64,000 nt of DNA from an uncultured Gemmatimonadales bacterium (GCA_963707505.1 CAVPQB010000004.1:896001-960000); one strand, 5' to 3'; positions 49,722-59,269 are shown, counted from the stretch's first letter. Program-made: numbers and translations. Notes: generated by a model from the letters alone, not told the origin.

Positions 49722-50803
49722 GCGGCTTCCTCTTTCTGTCGTGCTGCAAGGTATGTCGCCGCTGACGCGCCGGCACGCTCGCCCGAACAAATGCAATCGG
49801 GGATTCCAATGCCGTGAAACGTCGACCCAGCTATGAAAATCCCCGGAGCCGCTGCGAGCGCGTCGCCAAGTGCTGTCACGTTCGCGTCGTGATCGGGTGG
49901 GTACACGGGGATTCCAGCCGGCCACTCGTACACCCGCGTGAATAGCGGCGTGGCAGTGACGCCTAGAGTAGAGGCGATCTCCGTGCGTATCAGTGAGACT
50001 GCATCGAGCCCACAGCCGCGAACATATCCACGCAGAAGGACAACCCCCCGCGGCGCATGAGTCGGATTCTTGGAAGACGTCCACGTGCAGGCGCTGACTG
50101 CGGACGACGGGTCCGTTACCAGATAGCCGGTGCCCGAGAGCGAGCACTGAACATCCTCAGCGTTCCACGCCATGGTTACGGTGGTCGTTGCAGGGTATGC
50201 GATTCCGTCCAGCGTCTCCGCCCCTTTTACTGCAAGCGATGACAAGAGCGTCATGGCTGCACGTGCGGGAACTGCAACGATCGTGGCATCTGCGCTCAGC
50301 GAAGTGCCGTCCGCGAATTTCGTGATCCATCGTCCATCAGCCGTGCCCTGGATCGACTCTGCGGCTGCGTTCGTGCGCACCGTAACGTCGCTCAGCGCTG
50401 CGGCAGCCACGTCGATCAGTTCCCGGACCCCGTTTCGGAAGCTCAGCAACTCACCGTCGAAAGTCGTCGATGATCGCCGAAGCTCGCCGTCCCGACGTTC
50501 GTATGTCGGCAAGTTGTCAGGATTCACACGAATCACGCGTGTACCGAGCGACAGAGCATCGAAGAGGCTGGTAGCGCGCAGCTTGTTCCCGATGCAAACG
50601 TCAGCACCACCATCGACCACGCATCCATCCACAACGTCGCCCGCGATCTTGCCGCCGAGCCGAGCCGCCGAATCAGCCAGCGTGATAGTGCAGGAGTCGT
50701 TCAGTGCACGAATGCGGAGCGCGGCTGCGATTCCCGCGATTCCACCACCGATGACAAGAATCTCTTGCGTTGCGGTTGTCTCGATACTGCCGGTCACATC
50801 CAT
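49718..50803 (-). CDS. hemY: HemY-type (copro)porphyrinogen oxidase, internally shortened
   Basis: IGGGIAG, RLGGKI, DGGAD, GTGYLV, ACTWTSSK and GIGIPDCI; lies between hemH and hemL. Confidence 0.85.
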   Translation of the reverse strand: MDVTGSIETTATQEILVIGGGIAGIAAALRIRALNDSCTITLADSAARLGGKIAGDVVDGCVVDGGADVCIGNKLRATSLFDALSLGTRVIRVNPDNLPTYERRDGELRRSSTTFDGELLSFRNGVRELIDVAAAALSDVTVRTNAAAESIQGTADGRWITKFADGTSLSADATIVAVPARAAMTLLSSLAVKGAETLDGIAYPATTTVTMAWNAEDVQCSLSGTGYLVTDPSSAVSACTWTSSKNPTHAPRGVVLLRGYVRGCGLDAVSLIRTEIASTLGVTATPLFTRVYEWPAGIPVYPPDHDANVTALGDALAAAPGIFIAGSTFHGIGIPDCICSGERAGASAATYLAARQKEEAA

Positions 50804-51768
50804 CCGGCGTCCTGAGCACGACGTGCGATGATCGATGCCAGCTGCCGCACGAATTGCGGATCGTCGTTCAGCGACGGCGGCCGTTCCAGGTGCATCCCAA
50901 GCTCGCGCGCGATACGCTGTGCGTCGATGTCGATGTCGTAAAGGATTTCGACATGGTCACAGACGAATCCTACAGGCACACTGACGATGTTGCGTATGCC
51001 GCGCGCGGCGAGCGCCGCCAGATGATCGGGGTAGGTGGGACCCAGCCATGGCTCGGGGCTGCGACCGGCGGACTGGTAGCTCCACGACCACCGGTCAGAC
51101 GGTATTCCCGCGCTCTGCGCAACGAGCTGCGCAGTCTCGTGAACCTGCGCATCGTATGGATCGCCAGCGCGAATGATGCGCTCGGGCAGGCTGTGCGCAC
51201 TGAAGATCACGTGCACCGAATCACGCTCCGCTTCGGGCCAGCGCGCGATGCCGGCGAGCACACGATCGGCAAGCGCGGCGATCAGACCGGGCGCGGTGTG
51301 ATAACTATCGACGTGCGCGAAGTCGATGTGCGTGTGGTACATCGAAAGCCCATCGGCAATCTTCGCCTGATAACGCGCGATGCTCATGCCGCTGAAGTGC
51401 GGTGCGAGGACCATGCTGACAGCACGGTCGATTCCATCGACGCTCATCCGGCCAACCGTTTCCTCGATCCACGGCGACCAGTGGCGCATCCCGACGTACA
51501 CGCGGAAGCGCTGCTGCAAACCGGCGGGATTGAGCGTGCGCTCGATACCGTCGGCCTGGCGCCGTGTCAGCTCGGCGATCGGCGAGCGGCCGCCTATCGC
51601 TTCGTAGTTACGTGAGATCTCAGCGAGTACGGCGGGCGTTGTAGGACGGCCATCGCGTATGTCCGCGAGATAGCCGGGAATCTCGGCAAGCGAGTCCGGT
51701 CCGCCGTACGCCATGAGCAGCACACCGATCGGTGCAGTTTGGGCAGCTTCGTCCGGCATGCGAGTCAA
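50794..51768 (-). CDS. hemH: Ferrochelatase (coproporphyrin ferrochelatase-like)
   Basis: GVLLMAYGGP, GMRHWSP, FSAHSLP, QSAG...PWLGP and GFVCDHVEILYDID. Confidence 0.95.
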   Translation of the reverse strand: MTRMPDEAAQTAPIGVLLMAYGGPDSLAEIPGYLADIRDGRPTTPAVLAEISRNYEAIGGRSPIAELTRRQADGIERTLNPAGLQQRFRVYVGMRHWSPWIEETVGRMSVDGIDRAVSMVLAPHFSGMSIARYQAKIADGLSMYHTHIDFAHVDSYHTAPGLIAALADRVLAGIARWPEAERDSVHVIFSAHSLPERIIRAGDPYDAQVHETAQLVAQSAGIPSDRWSWSYQSAGRSPEPWLGPTYPDHLAALAARGIRNIVSVPVGFVCDHVEILYDIDIDAQRIARELGMHLERPPSLNDDPQFVRQLASIIARRAQDAGWM

Positions 51769-52886
51769 GCGCCGTAACCGCGCGCAGTAACCTCATGCAC
51801 GTAGTCCACGAGTCTGCGCACGCTGTCGACTGGTGTCGATGGAAGAATTCCGTGACCGAGATTGAAGATGTGGCCGGGACGGGACCCAGCGCGCATCAGC
51901 ACGTCATCGACCTGCGCCTTCAACTCTCGCCAAGGCGCGAGCAGTGCAATCGGATCAAGGTTTCCCATGATCGAATACCTGTCACCAAGTCTCGTGCGCA
52001 CCGAATCGAGCGGTGTGCGCCAGTCGATCCCCAGAACGTCACCACCGCACGCCGCGACGTCGTCGATGTATGCGCCGGTGCCGGTGCTGAAGTTGATTAC
52101 GGGAACCCCGGCAGCCATGACCGCGCGGTAGAGCGCTGCATTGTACGGCTGCACGTAACGCGCATAATCGTGTGGACTGAGCGCGCCCGCCCACGAGTCG
52201 AACACTTGCAGAACATCCGCGCCTGCACGTGCCTGCGCGACGAGGTAGTCGGCAAGCACAGTAACCAGGCGGCGCATCAAGCGACTCCACGCAGCAGGTT
52301 CCGCGTACATGAAGCTCTTCGCCACGTCATAGCGTTGCGAGCTGGCGCCCTCGATCGCGTAACATGCCAGTGTAAACGGCGCGCCGGCGAATCCGATCAG
52401 CGCTGTCGACGCGGGCAGCGCGTCTCGTACGAGCCGAATCGCACCGAGCGTACCGCGCATCGTCTGCTCCGCTGGTGGAGTGCCGAGCATGTCGACGTCA
52501 CGTGAAGCGCGAACCGGGTTCGCGATACGTGGGCCGGCGCCCGCGACGAAGTCGAGCTCGAGTCCCATGCCGATGAGCGGCGGAAGGATGTCGGAAAAGA
52601 TGATCGCCGCGTCGACACCGAGTGCGTTCACGGGCTGCAGCGTGATCTCGGCCGCAGTCGCGGGATCGCCAATCGCTTCCAGCATCGTCTGTTGCGCACG
52701 GATCGCGCGATACTCCGGCATGTACCGTCCGGCCTGGCGCATCAGCCACACGGGCGTGTGCGGCACAACCTCTCGACGGCAAGCGCGAACGAGAACGGAA
52801 CCCGCAGCTACGCTCGCGGAGGGTGCGTCCCCGTGGACAGGCCGCATTGAATGATGCTGGGTTGCAGGCGGACGCGTTGCTGCCAT
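51765..52886 (-). CDS. hemE: Uroporphyrinogen decarboxylase
   Basis: PVWLMRQAGRYMPEY, DAAIIFSDIL, IGFAGAPFTL, GNLDP and HIFNLGHGI. Confidence 0.97.
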   Translation of the reverse strand: MAATRPPATQHHSMRPVHGDAPSASVAAGSVLVRACRREVVPHTPVWLMRQAGRYMPEYRAIRAQQTMLEAIGDPATAAEITLQPVNALGVDAAIIFSDILPPLIGMGLELDFVAGAGPRIANPVRASRDVDMLGTPPAEQTMRGTLGAIRLVRDALPASTALIGFAGAPFTLACYAIEGASSQRYDVAKSFMYAEPAAWSRLMRRLVTVLADYLVAQARAGADVLQVFDSWAGALSPHDYARYVQPYNAALYRAVMAAGVPVINFSTGTGAYIDDVAACGGDVLGIDWRTPLDSVRTRLGDRYSIMGNLDPIALLAPWRELKAQVDDVLMRAGSRPGHIFNLGHGILPSTPVDSVRRLVDYVHEVTARGYGA

Positions 52887-53884
52887 CAATCGTTCAGCCA
52901 CCGCGCGGCATCCTTCGCGTGATATGTGATGATCATTCCGGCGCCCGCCCGTCGCATCGATGTGAGTGATTCGAGCACGATCGCGCGCTCGTCGATCCAT
53001 CCTGCCGCGGCCGCAGCCTTCACCATCGCATATTCGCCACTCACATTGTACGCGACGAGGGGCACGCCCGGATGCGCGGCGCTCACGGCGCTCACGATGT
53101 CGAGATAGGCGAGCGCAGGCTTCACCATCAGTAAATCCGCACCTTCAGCAACATCGAGCGCACTCTCCCGCAACGCGATACCGCGGTTCGCGGGGTCCAG
53201 CTGATGCGTGCGACGGTCGCCGAACGTCGGTGCGCCACCCGCCGCCTCGCGGAACGGGCCGTAGTACGCCGATGAATACTTCACGGCATAAGCCATGATG
53301 GCGACATTCGCATGGCGTGCGTTATCGAGTGCGATACGGATCGCACCGACGGCGCCGTCGATCATTCCGCTTGGTGCGACGATGTCCGCGCCCGCCTCTG
53401 CGTGCGATATTGCAATCCGTTGCAGGGAATCGAGCGTCTCGTCGTTGATCAGATATTGCCGAGCGTCGAGAATCCCGCAGTGTCCGTGCGAGGTGTACTC
53501 GCACATGCACACGTCCGTGATGACGACGAGATCAGGTGCGTGAGTCTTGAGAGTACGGATCGCGCGCTGAACGGCACCGTCGGACGCGTAACTCTCCTTC
53601 CCATGTGGATCCTTTCGCTCCGGTGCCGGGACCCCAAATAGAATCACCGCGGAAACGCCGACTGCGATGAGCTCATTGGCGATGGCCGTTACACGATCGA
53701 CGGAAACGCGATTGATTCCTGGCATCGATTCGATCGACTCGACGACGTTTTCGCCGTCCGTGACGAAGATCGGTGCGATGAGATGCTCTGGTCTCAGCGA
53801 AGTCTCGCGCACCATTCGCCGCAGCGTGTCGCTGGTGCGCAGCCGGCGGAGTCTCACGGTGGGGAACTGGCCGGACTCGGTCAT
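52886..53884 (-). CDS. hemB: Porphobilinogen synthase (Zn-type)
   Basis: DVCMCEYTSHGHCG, APSGMIDG, YYGPFREA, MVKPALAYLD and YNVSGEYAM. Confidence 0.97.
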   Translation of the reverse strand: MTESGQFPTVRLRRLRTSDTLRRMVRETSLRPEHLIAPIFVTDGENVVESIESMPGINRVSVDRVTAIANELIAVGVSAVILFGVPAPERKDPHGKESYASDGAVQRAIRTLKTHAPDLVVITDVCMCEYTSHGHCGILDARQYLINDETLDSLQRIAISHAEAGADIVAPSGMIDGAVGAIRIALDNARHANVAIMAYAVKYSSAYYGPFREAAGGAPTFGDRRTHQLDPANRGIALRESALDVAEGADLLMVKPALAYLDIVSAVSAAHPGVPLVAYNVSGEYAMVKAAAAAGWIDERAIVLESLTSMRRAGAGMIITYHAKDAARWLND

Positions 53885-54663
53885 TGAATGGTCATCGGCG
53901 GAGTTTGCTGCACATTGTCGTGCGGGCCGATGCCGAATATCCTGGAAAGCGCGCTAACGACGCCATCCAGAGTGTACACCCCCGCAACAGCCGAGACCGG
54001 CAACCCCACCTGTGTCGCTGCTTTCGCAGTAACGGGTCCAATGCAGACTATCCGCGGCGCGACGGAGGTGCCGAAGCAGGCTACGAATGCGTGCACTGCT
54101 GATGGACTGGTGAACGTTATCGCATCGGCTTCCAGTATCCGACTTCGAGTCTCGTCCTGCACGGTGCGAGCGACTGTGTCGTACAGAATCCGTTCCACGA
54201 CGTCGGCACCCCGTGCGCGCAGCGTATCCGAGAGAACCGAGCGCGCACCGGCTGCGCGCGGCCAGAGAATTTTCATTCCTTTCACGTCGCCAAGCGCATC
54301 GGCCAGCGACTCGGCGACGAATTCAGGTGCCGTCACTGCCGAGGTCGCGCCGAGTGCAGCAACCGCCCGGGCAGTAGCCGGTCCAACCGCCGCGATCGCG
54401 CGATGCAACCGGAATGCTGTCTGATCGGCAGCATCGAGCCGAGCCCAGAACATGCGCACGCCATTCGCGCTCGTAAACGCAATCCAGTCGAAGTCCCCGA
54501 CCGAAACCGACGCGGCCGAATCATCGTGATGGACCGGCTCGATGCCGATGAGTGGAACCACGAGTGGTTCGGCGCCAGCTCGCCGGAGCGCGGTCGTGAG
54601 TGGGCCGTCTTCCATCTCGAATCGCGTCACGACGACGCGACGTCCTGCGAGCGGCGTCGTCAC
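53881..54663 (-). CDS. hemD: Uroporphyrinogen-III synthase
   Basis: LAGRRVVVTR, FDWIAFTSANGV, AVGPATA, FTSPSAV and CIGPVTA; its GTG overlaps the hemC stop. Confidence 0.92.
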   Translation of the reverse strand: MTTPLAGRRVVVTRFEMEDGPLTTALRRAGAEPLVVPLIGIEPVHHDDSAASVSVGDFDWIAFTSANGVRMFWARLDAADQTAFRLHRAIAAVGPATARAVAALGATSAVTAPEFVAESLADALGDVKGMKILWPRAAGARSVLSDTLRARGADVVERILYDTVARTVQDETRSRILEADAITFTSPSAVHAFVACFGTSVAPRIVCIGPVTAKAATQVGLPVSAVAGVYTLDGVVSALSRIFGIGPHDNVQQTPPMTIQ

Positions 54664-55382
54664 GCCTGCATCGCCCGTAACGACGAGCTCAGCTCCGCGT
54701 CCACGGCATTGTGCAATTCGATGTCGTCGATGCGCGTCAGGATGTCGAGAGCGATCGGATCGTCCGCGCGGCACTGTACTGCGAGCGCACCCTGGCCCGC
54801 TGCGGGCGGCATCGTCGTGAGATCGAATATCTCGGTGATGTTCGCGCGTAGCTGCAATCGATCGAGACCTGCAAGAGCAAGCAGCGCTGCGTCGTAATCG
54901 CCCGCGAGCACTTTCGCCACGCGCGCATCCACCGTGCCGCGAATCGGTCTTACCTCGAGGTCAGGACGCAGCGCGAGAACCGCCGCGGCTCGTCGCTCGC
55001 TCGATGTGCCAACCAGAGCGCCTGGCGGAAGCTCGCTCAGCTTGAGCGGACGCGCGCACACGAGAGCTTCGCGCGGATCGGCGCGAACGGGTACCGCGGC
55101 GATCACGAGTCCGGCAGTCGAGTCAGGCGGTAGATCCTTGTACGAGTGGACTGCGGCGTCGATCTCACCGGCGCTCAGTGCGCGCTCGAGCACATCGGTG
55201 AAAGCGTCAGGAGCCAACTGCGGCGCGGGAACGTCGAGCATCATGTCGCCCGACGTTTCGTATTCGCGCACTTCGACGTCGAGTTGAGGATGCGCAGCGC
55301 CAAGCAGTCCGGCGACGATCGCCGTCTGGCGCAGTGCGAGCTCGGACTTCCGGGTCCCAACGACGAAACGTCCTGTCATCAT
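54660..55382 (-). CDS. hemC: Hydroxymethylbilane synthase, C-terminally short (240 aa)
   Basis: GTRKSELAL.Q, DAAVHSYKDLP, RADPRE, VGTSS.RR, IRG.V..R, LALAGL.RL and PAAGQGALAV. Confidence 0.88.
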   Translation of the reverse strand: MMTGRFVVGTRKSELALRQTAIVAGLLGAAHPQLDVEVREYETSGDMMLDVPAPQLAPDAFTDVLERALSAGEIDAAVHSYKDLPPDSTAGLVIAAVPVRADPREALVCARPLKLSELPPGALVGTSSERRAAAVLALRPDLEVRPIRGTVDARVAKVLAGDYDAALLALAGLDRLQLRANITEIFDLTTMPPAAGQGALAVQCRADDPIALDILTRIDDIELHNAVDAELSSSLRAMQA

Positions 55383-56494
55383 ACCCCTATTGGGCTGGCC
55401 ATCCGCTTGGATTCCGATGCGCGGCGTGGTGGCGTACCTGTCGAACGAGCGGCAAGTCGCTCCTCGAGTATCGCGAGCTCTTCGCCGATTATCCGCTCGA
55501 CTGCCGGAATGACAGCGCGGCGCTCAGCATGGGCCGCTATCACATACGGCCCGAGATCGTCGATGCCGATCAGCTTCGCACCAGCCACGCTTCGGACGCT
55601 GACGTCGACATTACGCGGCAACGAGACATCGACGAGCGTCATGGGACGATCCGGCCTGTGCGCGAGCGCCGTACTCACCGTGCGGCTGTTGATCAACGGA
55701 AGTGTGGCGCGTGTCGCCGCAATCACCACGTCCGCGTCGCGTAGCAGAGACGGCAGAAGATTCAACGGACATGCGTCGGCGCCGTGATGCGCACCCATCT
55801 CGACAGCGGCTTCGACCGTTCGGTTAGCAATCGTGATTCTGCGCGGCGCGTGCGGCGCCAGCGAGCGGAGTGCAAGCTCGGCGATCTCGCCAGCTCCGAC
55901 GACTACCACGTTGCGCCCAGCAAGTCCGTTCGCAGCGGTCGCGGCGGCATCGACCGCCGCCGAGCCCAGGCTGGCCGCCTGAAGACGTCCCCAGATCATG
56001 CCACGAGCACGCTCACCGGCGCGAACGGCGCTCTTGAACGCCAGCTTTAGTAGTGGTGATGCAGCGTGCACTGCAACCGATTGGCGCAGCGAGCTCGCAA
56101 CCTGCCCGGTGATCTGGGCCTCGCCAATTACGACCGAGTCCAGTCCAGCGGCGACCTTGAAGAGATGCTCCGCCGCCGCCAGCCCGTGAAGCGAATAGGC
56201 GTGCGCTGCCAGTGCAGATTCGGGGATTCCACACGTCGCCGACCACCATTCGAGCATGATCTCGCGGACGTCGGTTGTGGTGGCAGGCGTCTCCGTGTAC
56301 AGCTCGGTGCGATGGCAGGTTGCGATCACCACAAGCCGCTCGATTCGCGGGTCGTGTCGCGCGGCAGCCAGCGCTTCGTGAAGCAGGGATGTGGAAAAAC
56401 CGGCACGCTCGCGCAGCTCGGATGTAGCCGTTCTGTGGCTGATTCCGAGGCAGTCTAGCCTGAGGCCGGTTTCTACGGCTATTTCAGTGACCAA
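55379..56494 (-). CDS. hemA: Glutamyl-tRNA reductase, C-terminally short
   Basis: GISHRTA..ELRE, TCHRTELY, HLFKVAAGLDS.VIGE.QI.GQV, VVGAGE, IANRT and D.SLPRNVD; TTG start uncertain. Confidence 0.9.
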   Translation of the reverse strand: MVTEIAVETGLRLDCLGISHRTATSELRERAGFSTSLLHEALAAARHDPRIERLVVIATCHRTELYTETPATTTDVREIMLEWWSATCGIPESALAAHAYSLHGLAAAEHLFKVAAGLDSVVIGEAQITGQVASSLRQSVAVHAASPLLKLAFKSAVRAGERARGMIWGRLQAASLGSAAVDAAATAANGLAGRNVVVVGAGEIAELALRSLAPHAPRRITIANRTVEAAVEMGAHHGADACPLNLLPSLLRDADVVIAATRATLPLINSRTVSTALAHRPDRPMTLVDVSLPRNVDVSVRSVAGAKLIGIDDLGPYVIAAHAERRAVIPAVERIIGEELAILEERLAARSTGTPPRRASESKRMASPIGV

Positions 56495-56627
56495 TGTGCG
56501 TGAGAATCCGGGTGGGACGGGCGAGCTGGAAAGTTGTGGGTTCCACGCCCTCTACGGTATCCGGGCGACTACGGACACCAGTCCAAACGCCAGTTCGCCC
56601 GGGAGCGTACTTTTGTAAGCTCACCGA

Positions 56628-58469
56628 ATGCAAACGTTCGGACAGACCAAACAGGGGACGCCGTTGACAGTGAAATATACCTCTCGCCATCAGCTGGCCG
56701 CGCTCGCCGGCTCAGCTCCATTGGCTCGCGCGGCCGCTGCCGCGGCGCTCGCGGCGATGCTTGTGCTGTCAGGGTGCAAGACGTCCAGCCCGGGCGCCGA
56801 GGCGCCTGGCACCGCTTCGACTCCGGCAGTGCACGCGGCGTTTCCGGACGGCTGGGGAAACAAGCGTAGAAGGCCCCCGACCGTCGAGCAGCACGCGATG
56901 GTCGTCAGCAATAGCAACCTCGCCAGCGAGGCAGGCGCCGAGATCCTGAAGAAGGGCGGAAACGCCGTGGATGCGGCGGTCGCGACGGGCTTCGCGCTCG
57001 AAGTCACATTCCCGTTCGCCGGCAACATCGGCGGCGGCGGGTTCATGGTGATCCGGATGGCCAACGGCGATGCTGCCGCGATCGACTATCGCGAGACGGC
57101 ACCCCTCGCCGCGACGCGAGACATGTACATCGAGAACGGGAAGCTCACGAATAAGAGCACCTTGGGGGGACTCGCATCCGGCGTTCCCGGCTCTGTGGCG
57201 GGAATGGCGGCGGCGCTCGCGAAGTACGGCACGATGTCGCTGCACGATGTGATGCAACCGGCCATCAGACTCGCCTCGGATGGCTTCGTCGTGGACAGCG
57301 CAACGTCGCGAGGGCTGGGGGCAAGCGCGCATCTCATCAGTCAGTTCGCCGGCGCCGCGGTATTTCTGCCGGGCGGCAAGCCACTTCCTCCCGGCACGCT
57401 GCTTCGCCAGCCCCAATTGGCGAAGACCCTGCGCCTGATCGCCGACCAGGGACCATCGGCATTCTACACCGGTCCGATCGCCGACGAGATCGTCGCGCAA
57501 ATGAAGCGCGACGGCGGGATAATCACCAGGCAGGACCTTGCGTCGTACAAGCCGGAGTGGCGCACACCGATCCTCGGGAAGTATCGCGGCTACACGCTGT
57601 ACGCGATGCCGCCGTCGTCCAGCGGTGGCGTGACCACCGTGGAAATATTGAATCAACTCGAGACGTGGAAGTCACTTCCGCCATTCAACAGCGCCGCGTA
57701 CAAGCATCTTCTCGCCGAGACGTTCCAGCGCGCGTTCATCGACCGCAACACAAAACTCGGTGATCCGGCGTTCGTTACAAATCCGCTCGACATGTTGACT
57801 GACAAGGCGTACGCCAGGAAACTCGCGTCGACCATACAGCCGGATCGTGCCACCCCGTCGCCGTCGTTCGCGGCAGCTGCGGAGCCGATGCACACCACGC
57901 ACTACTCTGTCGTCGATGCGTCCGGCAACGCGGTGTCTACCACGACGACGCTCAACAGTGGCTTCGGGTCCGGCGTCTTTGTCGCCGAGGCGGGCTTCTT
58001 CATGAACGACGAGATGGATGACTTCGCCGCTGAGCCAGGCAAGGCGAACCAATTCGGTCTGGTGCAGGGTGAGATCAACGCGATCCAGCCTGGCAAGCGC
58101 ATGCTGAGCGCCATGTCTCCGACGATCGTGCTGGATCGTAACGGCAAGCTCATGCTGGTGGTCGGTGCCGCCGGCGGGCCGACGATCATCACAGGCGTCA
58201 CGCAGGTGATTCTGAATGTGATCGATCAGCACATGTCGCTTCCCGACGCGATGTTCGCGCCACGCATGCACGATCAGGCGTGGCCGGATGAGATCACGTA
58301 CGAGAGGGGCGGATTCTCGCAGTCCGCGACTGATTCGCTCGTAGCGATGGGATACAAGCTGCACGAGGTAGGCGGTCTCACGAACGTAAACGCCGTGATG
58401 CGTGGTCCGGACGGACGCTGGGTCGGAGTGTACGAGCCACGTTCCAACGGCGGCGCCGTCGGCTACTGA
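56628..58469 (+). CDS. ggt: Gamma-glutamyltransferase (lipoprotein; start uncertain)
   Basis: GGNAVDAAVA, GNIGGGGF, DYRETAP, PPSSSGG, autocleavage HTTHYSVVD, PGKRMLSAMSP and GGPTII; lipobox LSGC. Confidence 0.95.
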   Translation: MQTFGQTKQGTPLTVKYTSRHQLAALAGSAPLARAAAAAALAAMLVLSGCKTSSPGAEAPGTASTPAVHAAFPDGWGNKRRRPPTVEQHAMVVSNSNLASEAGAEILKKGGNAVDAAVATGFALEVTFPFAGNIGGGGFMVIRMANGDAAAIDYRETAPLAATRDMYIENGKLTNKSTLGGLASGVPGSVAGMAAALAKYGTMSLHDVMQPAIRLASDGFVVDSATSRGLGASAHLISQFAGAAVFLPGGKPLPPGTLLRQPQLAKTLRLIADQGPSAFYTGPIADEIVAQMKRDGGIITRQDLASYKPEWRTPILGKYRGYTLYAMPPSSSGGVTTVEILNQLETWKSLPPFNSAAYKHLLAETFQRAFIDRNTKLGDPAFVTNPLDMLTDKAYARKLASTIQPDRATPSPSFAAAAEPMHTTHYSVVDASGNAVSTTTTLNSGFGSGVFVAEAGFFMNDEMDDFAAEPGKANQFGLVQGEINAIQPGKRMLSAMSPTIVLDRNGKLMLVVGAAGGPTIITGVTQVILNVIDQHMSLPDAMFAPRMHDQAWPDEITYERGGFSQSATDSLVAMGYKLHEVGGLTNVNAVMRGPDGRWVGVYEPRSNGGAVGY

Positions 58470-58519
58470 TCTACGGCGTGTTTGGGAGCGGCGCGTCGGG
58501 AATTGCCGGCGCGCCGCTC

Positions 58520-59269
58520 TTATTTCTTGCCGTCGCTTAGCTCTCGCTGGAGCTGATGTCGCGCGTCTGAAATGCTCTGGCGCGTCCTGTCACGAAGAGC
58601 GGGCAGGTCCGCTGAGGTGAGCCCCGTGGTTTCGATCGGCTCGAGCACTCTGCACACCGCAGTCGCACGACGAAAGCTGAACGACCCCTTCGCCATGGCG
58701 TCGCGCGTCCCTGCAATCGCGACGGGTAAGATCGGTGCTCCAGTCGAGATTGCGAGCTGAAACGCGCCGTCCTTGAAGGGAAGCAGGTCGTCGCCGCGTG
58801 ATCGCGTCCCTTCGGGAAAGACCATCACCGAGACCTTTTTGGCGAGGCGATCCCTGCAGGCATCCAGCGCCTGCTGGGCGCTCCCACGGCTGCCACGGTT
58901 GATCGGAATGTCACCAGCCATCCGCATCATCCAGCCCATGACAGGGATCCTGAAGATCGTGTCCTTCGAGAGCCACTTCATCTCCCATCGCAGATGCGAC
59001 ATCAGAAAGATGTCGGCGTAGCTCTCGTGGTTCGCGACGACGACGTATGGCCGTCGCGGATCGTGGATGGCAACGCCGCTGGTGTGAAAGTGCCAGTACG
59101 GGTTGAGCCAGGTCCCCGCGACGGCAAGATGGCGAAACGCCCGGCCGGCAGCGTACCTTCCGGGGTCGAAGGGCGCCGTGGCGATCCAGACGATCGAGAC
59201 GTAGATGAATCCGAACAGGACGATGAGAACAATCTCCGTCCACACCCAGGCGTTGACCAATCGTTGCAT
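58520..59269 (-). CDS. 1-acyl-sn-glycerol-3-phosphate acyltransferase (PlsC-like)
   Basis: NHESYAD (HX4D), FPEGTRS, FKDGAF and PILPV. Confidence 0.92.
   Translation of the reverse strand: MQRLVNAWVWTEIVLIVLFGFIYVSIVWIATAPFDPGRYAAGRAFRHLAVAGTWLNPYWHFHTSGVAIHDPRRPYVVVANHESYADIFLMSHLRWEMKWLSKDTIFRIPVMGWMMRMAGDIPINRGSRGSAQQALDACRDRLAKKVSVMVFPEGTRSRGDDLLPFKDGAFQLAISTGAPILPVAIAGTRDAMAKGSFSFRRATAVCRVLEPIETTGLTSADLPALRDRTRQSISDARHQLQRELSDGKK

Noticed and set aside
48414..50147. 577-aa extended HemL
   Set aside because: The extension overlaps hemY in another frame; the real start is ATG 49721, with an RBS and an ATGA overlap.
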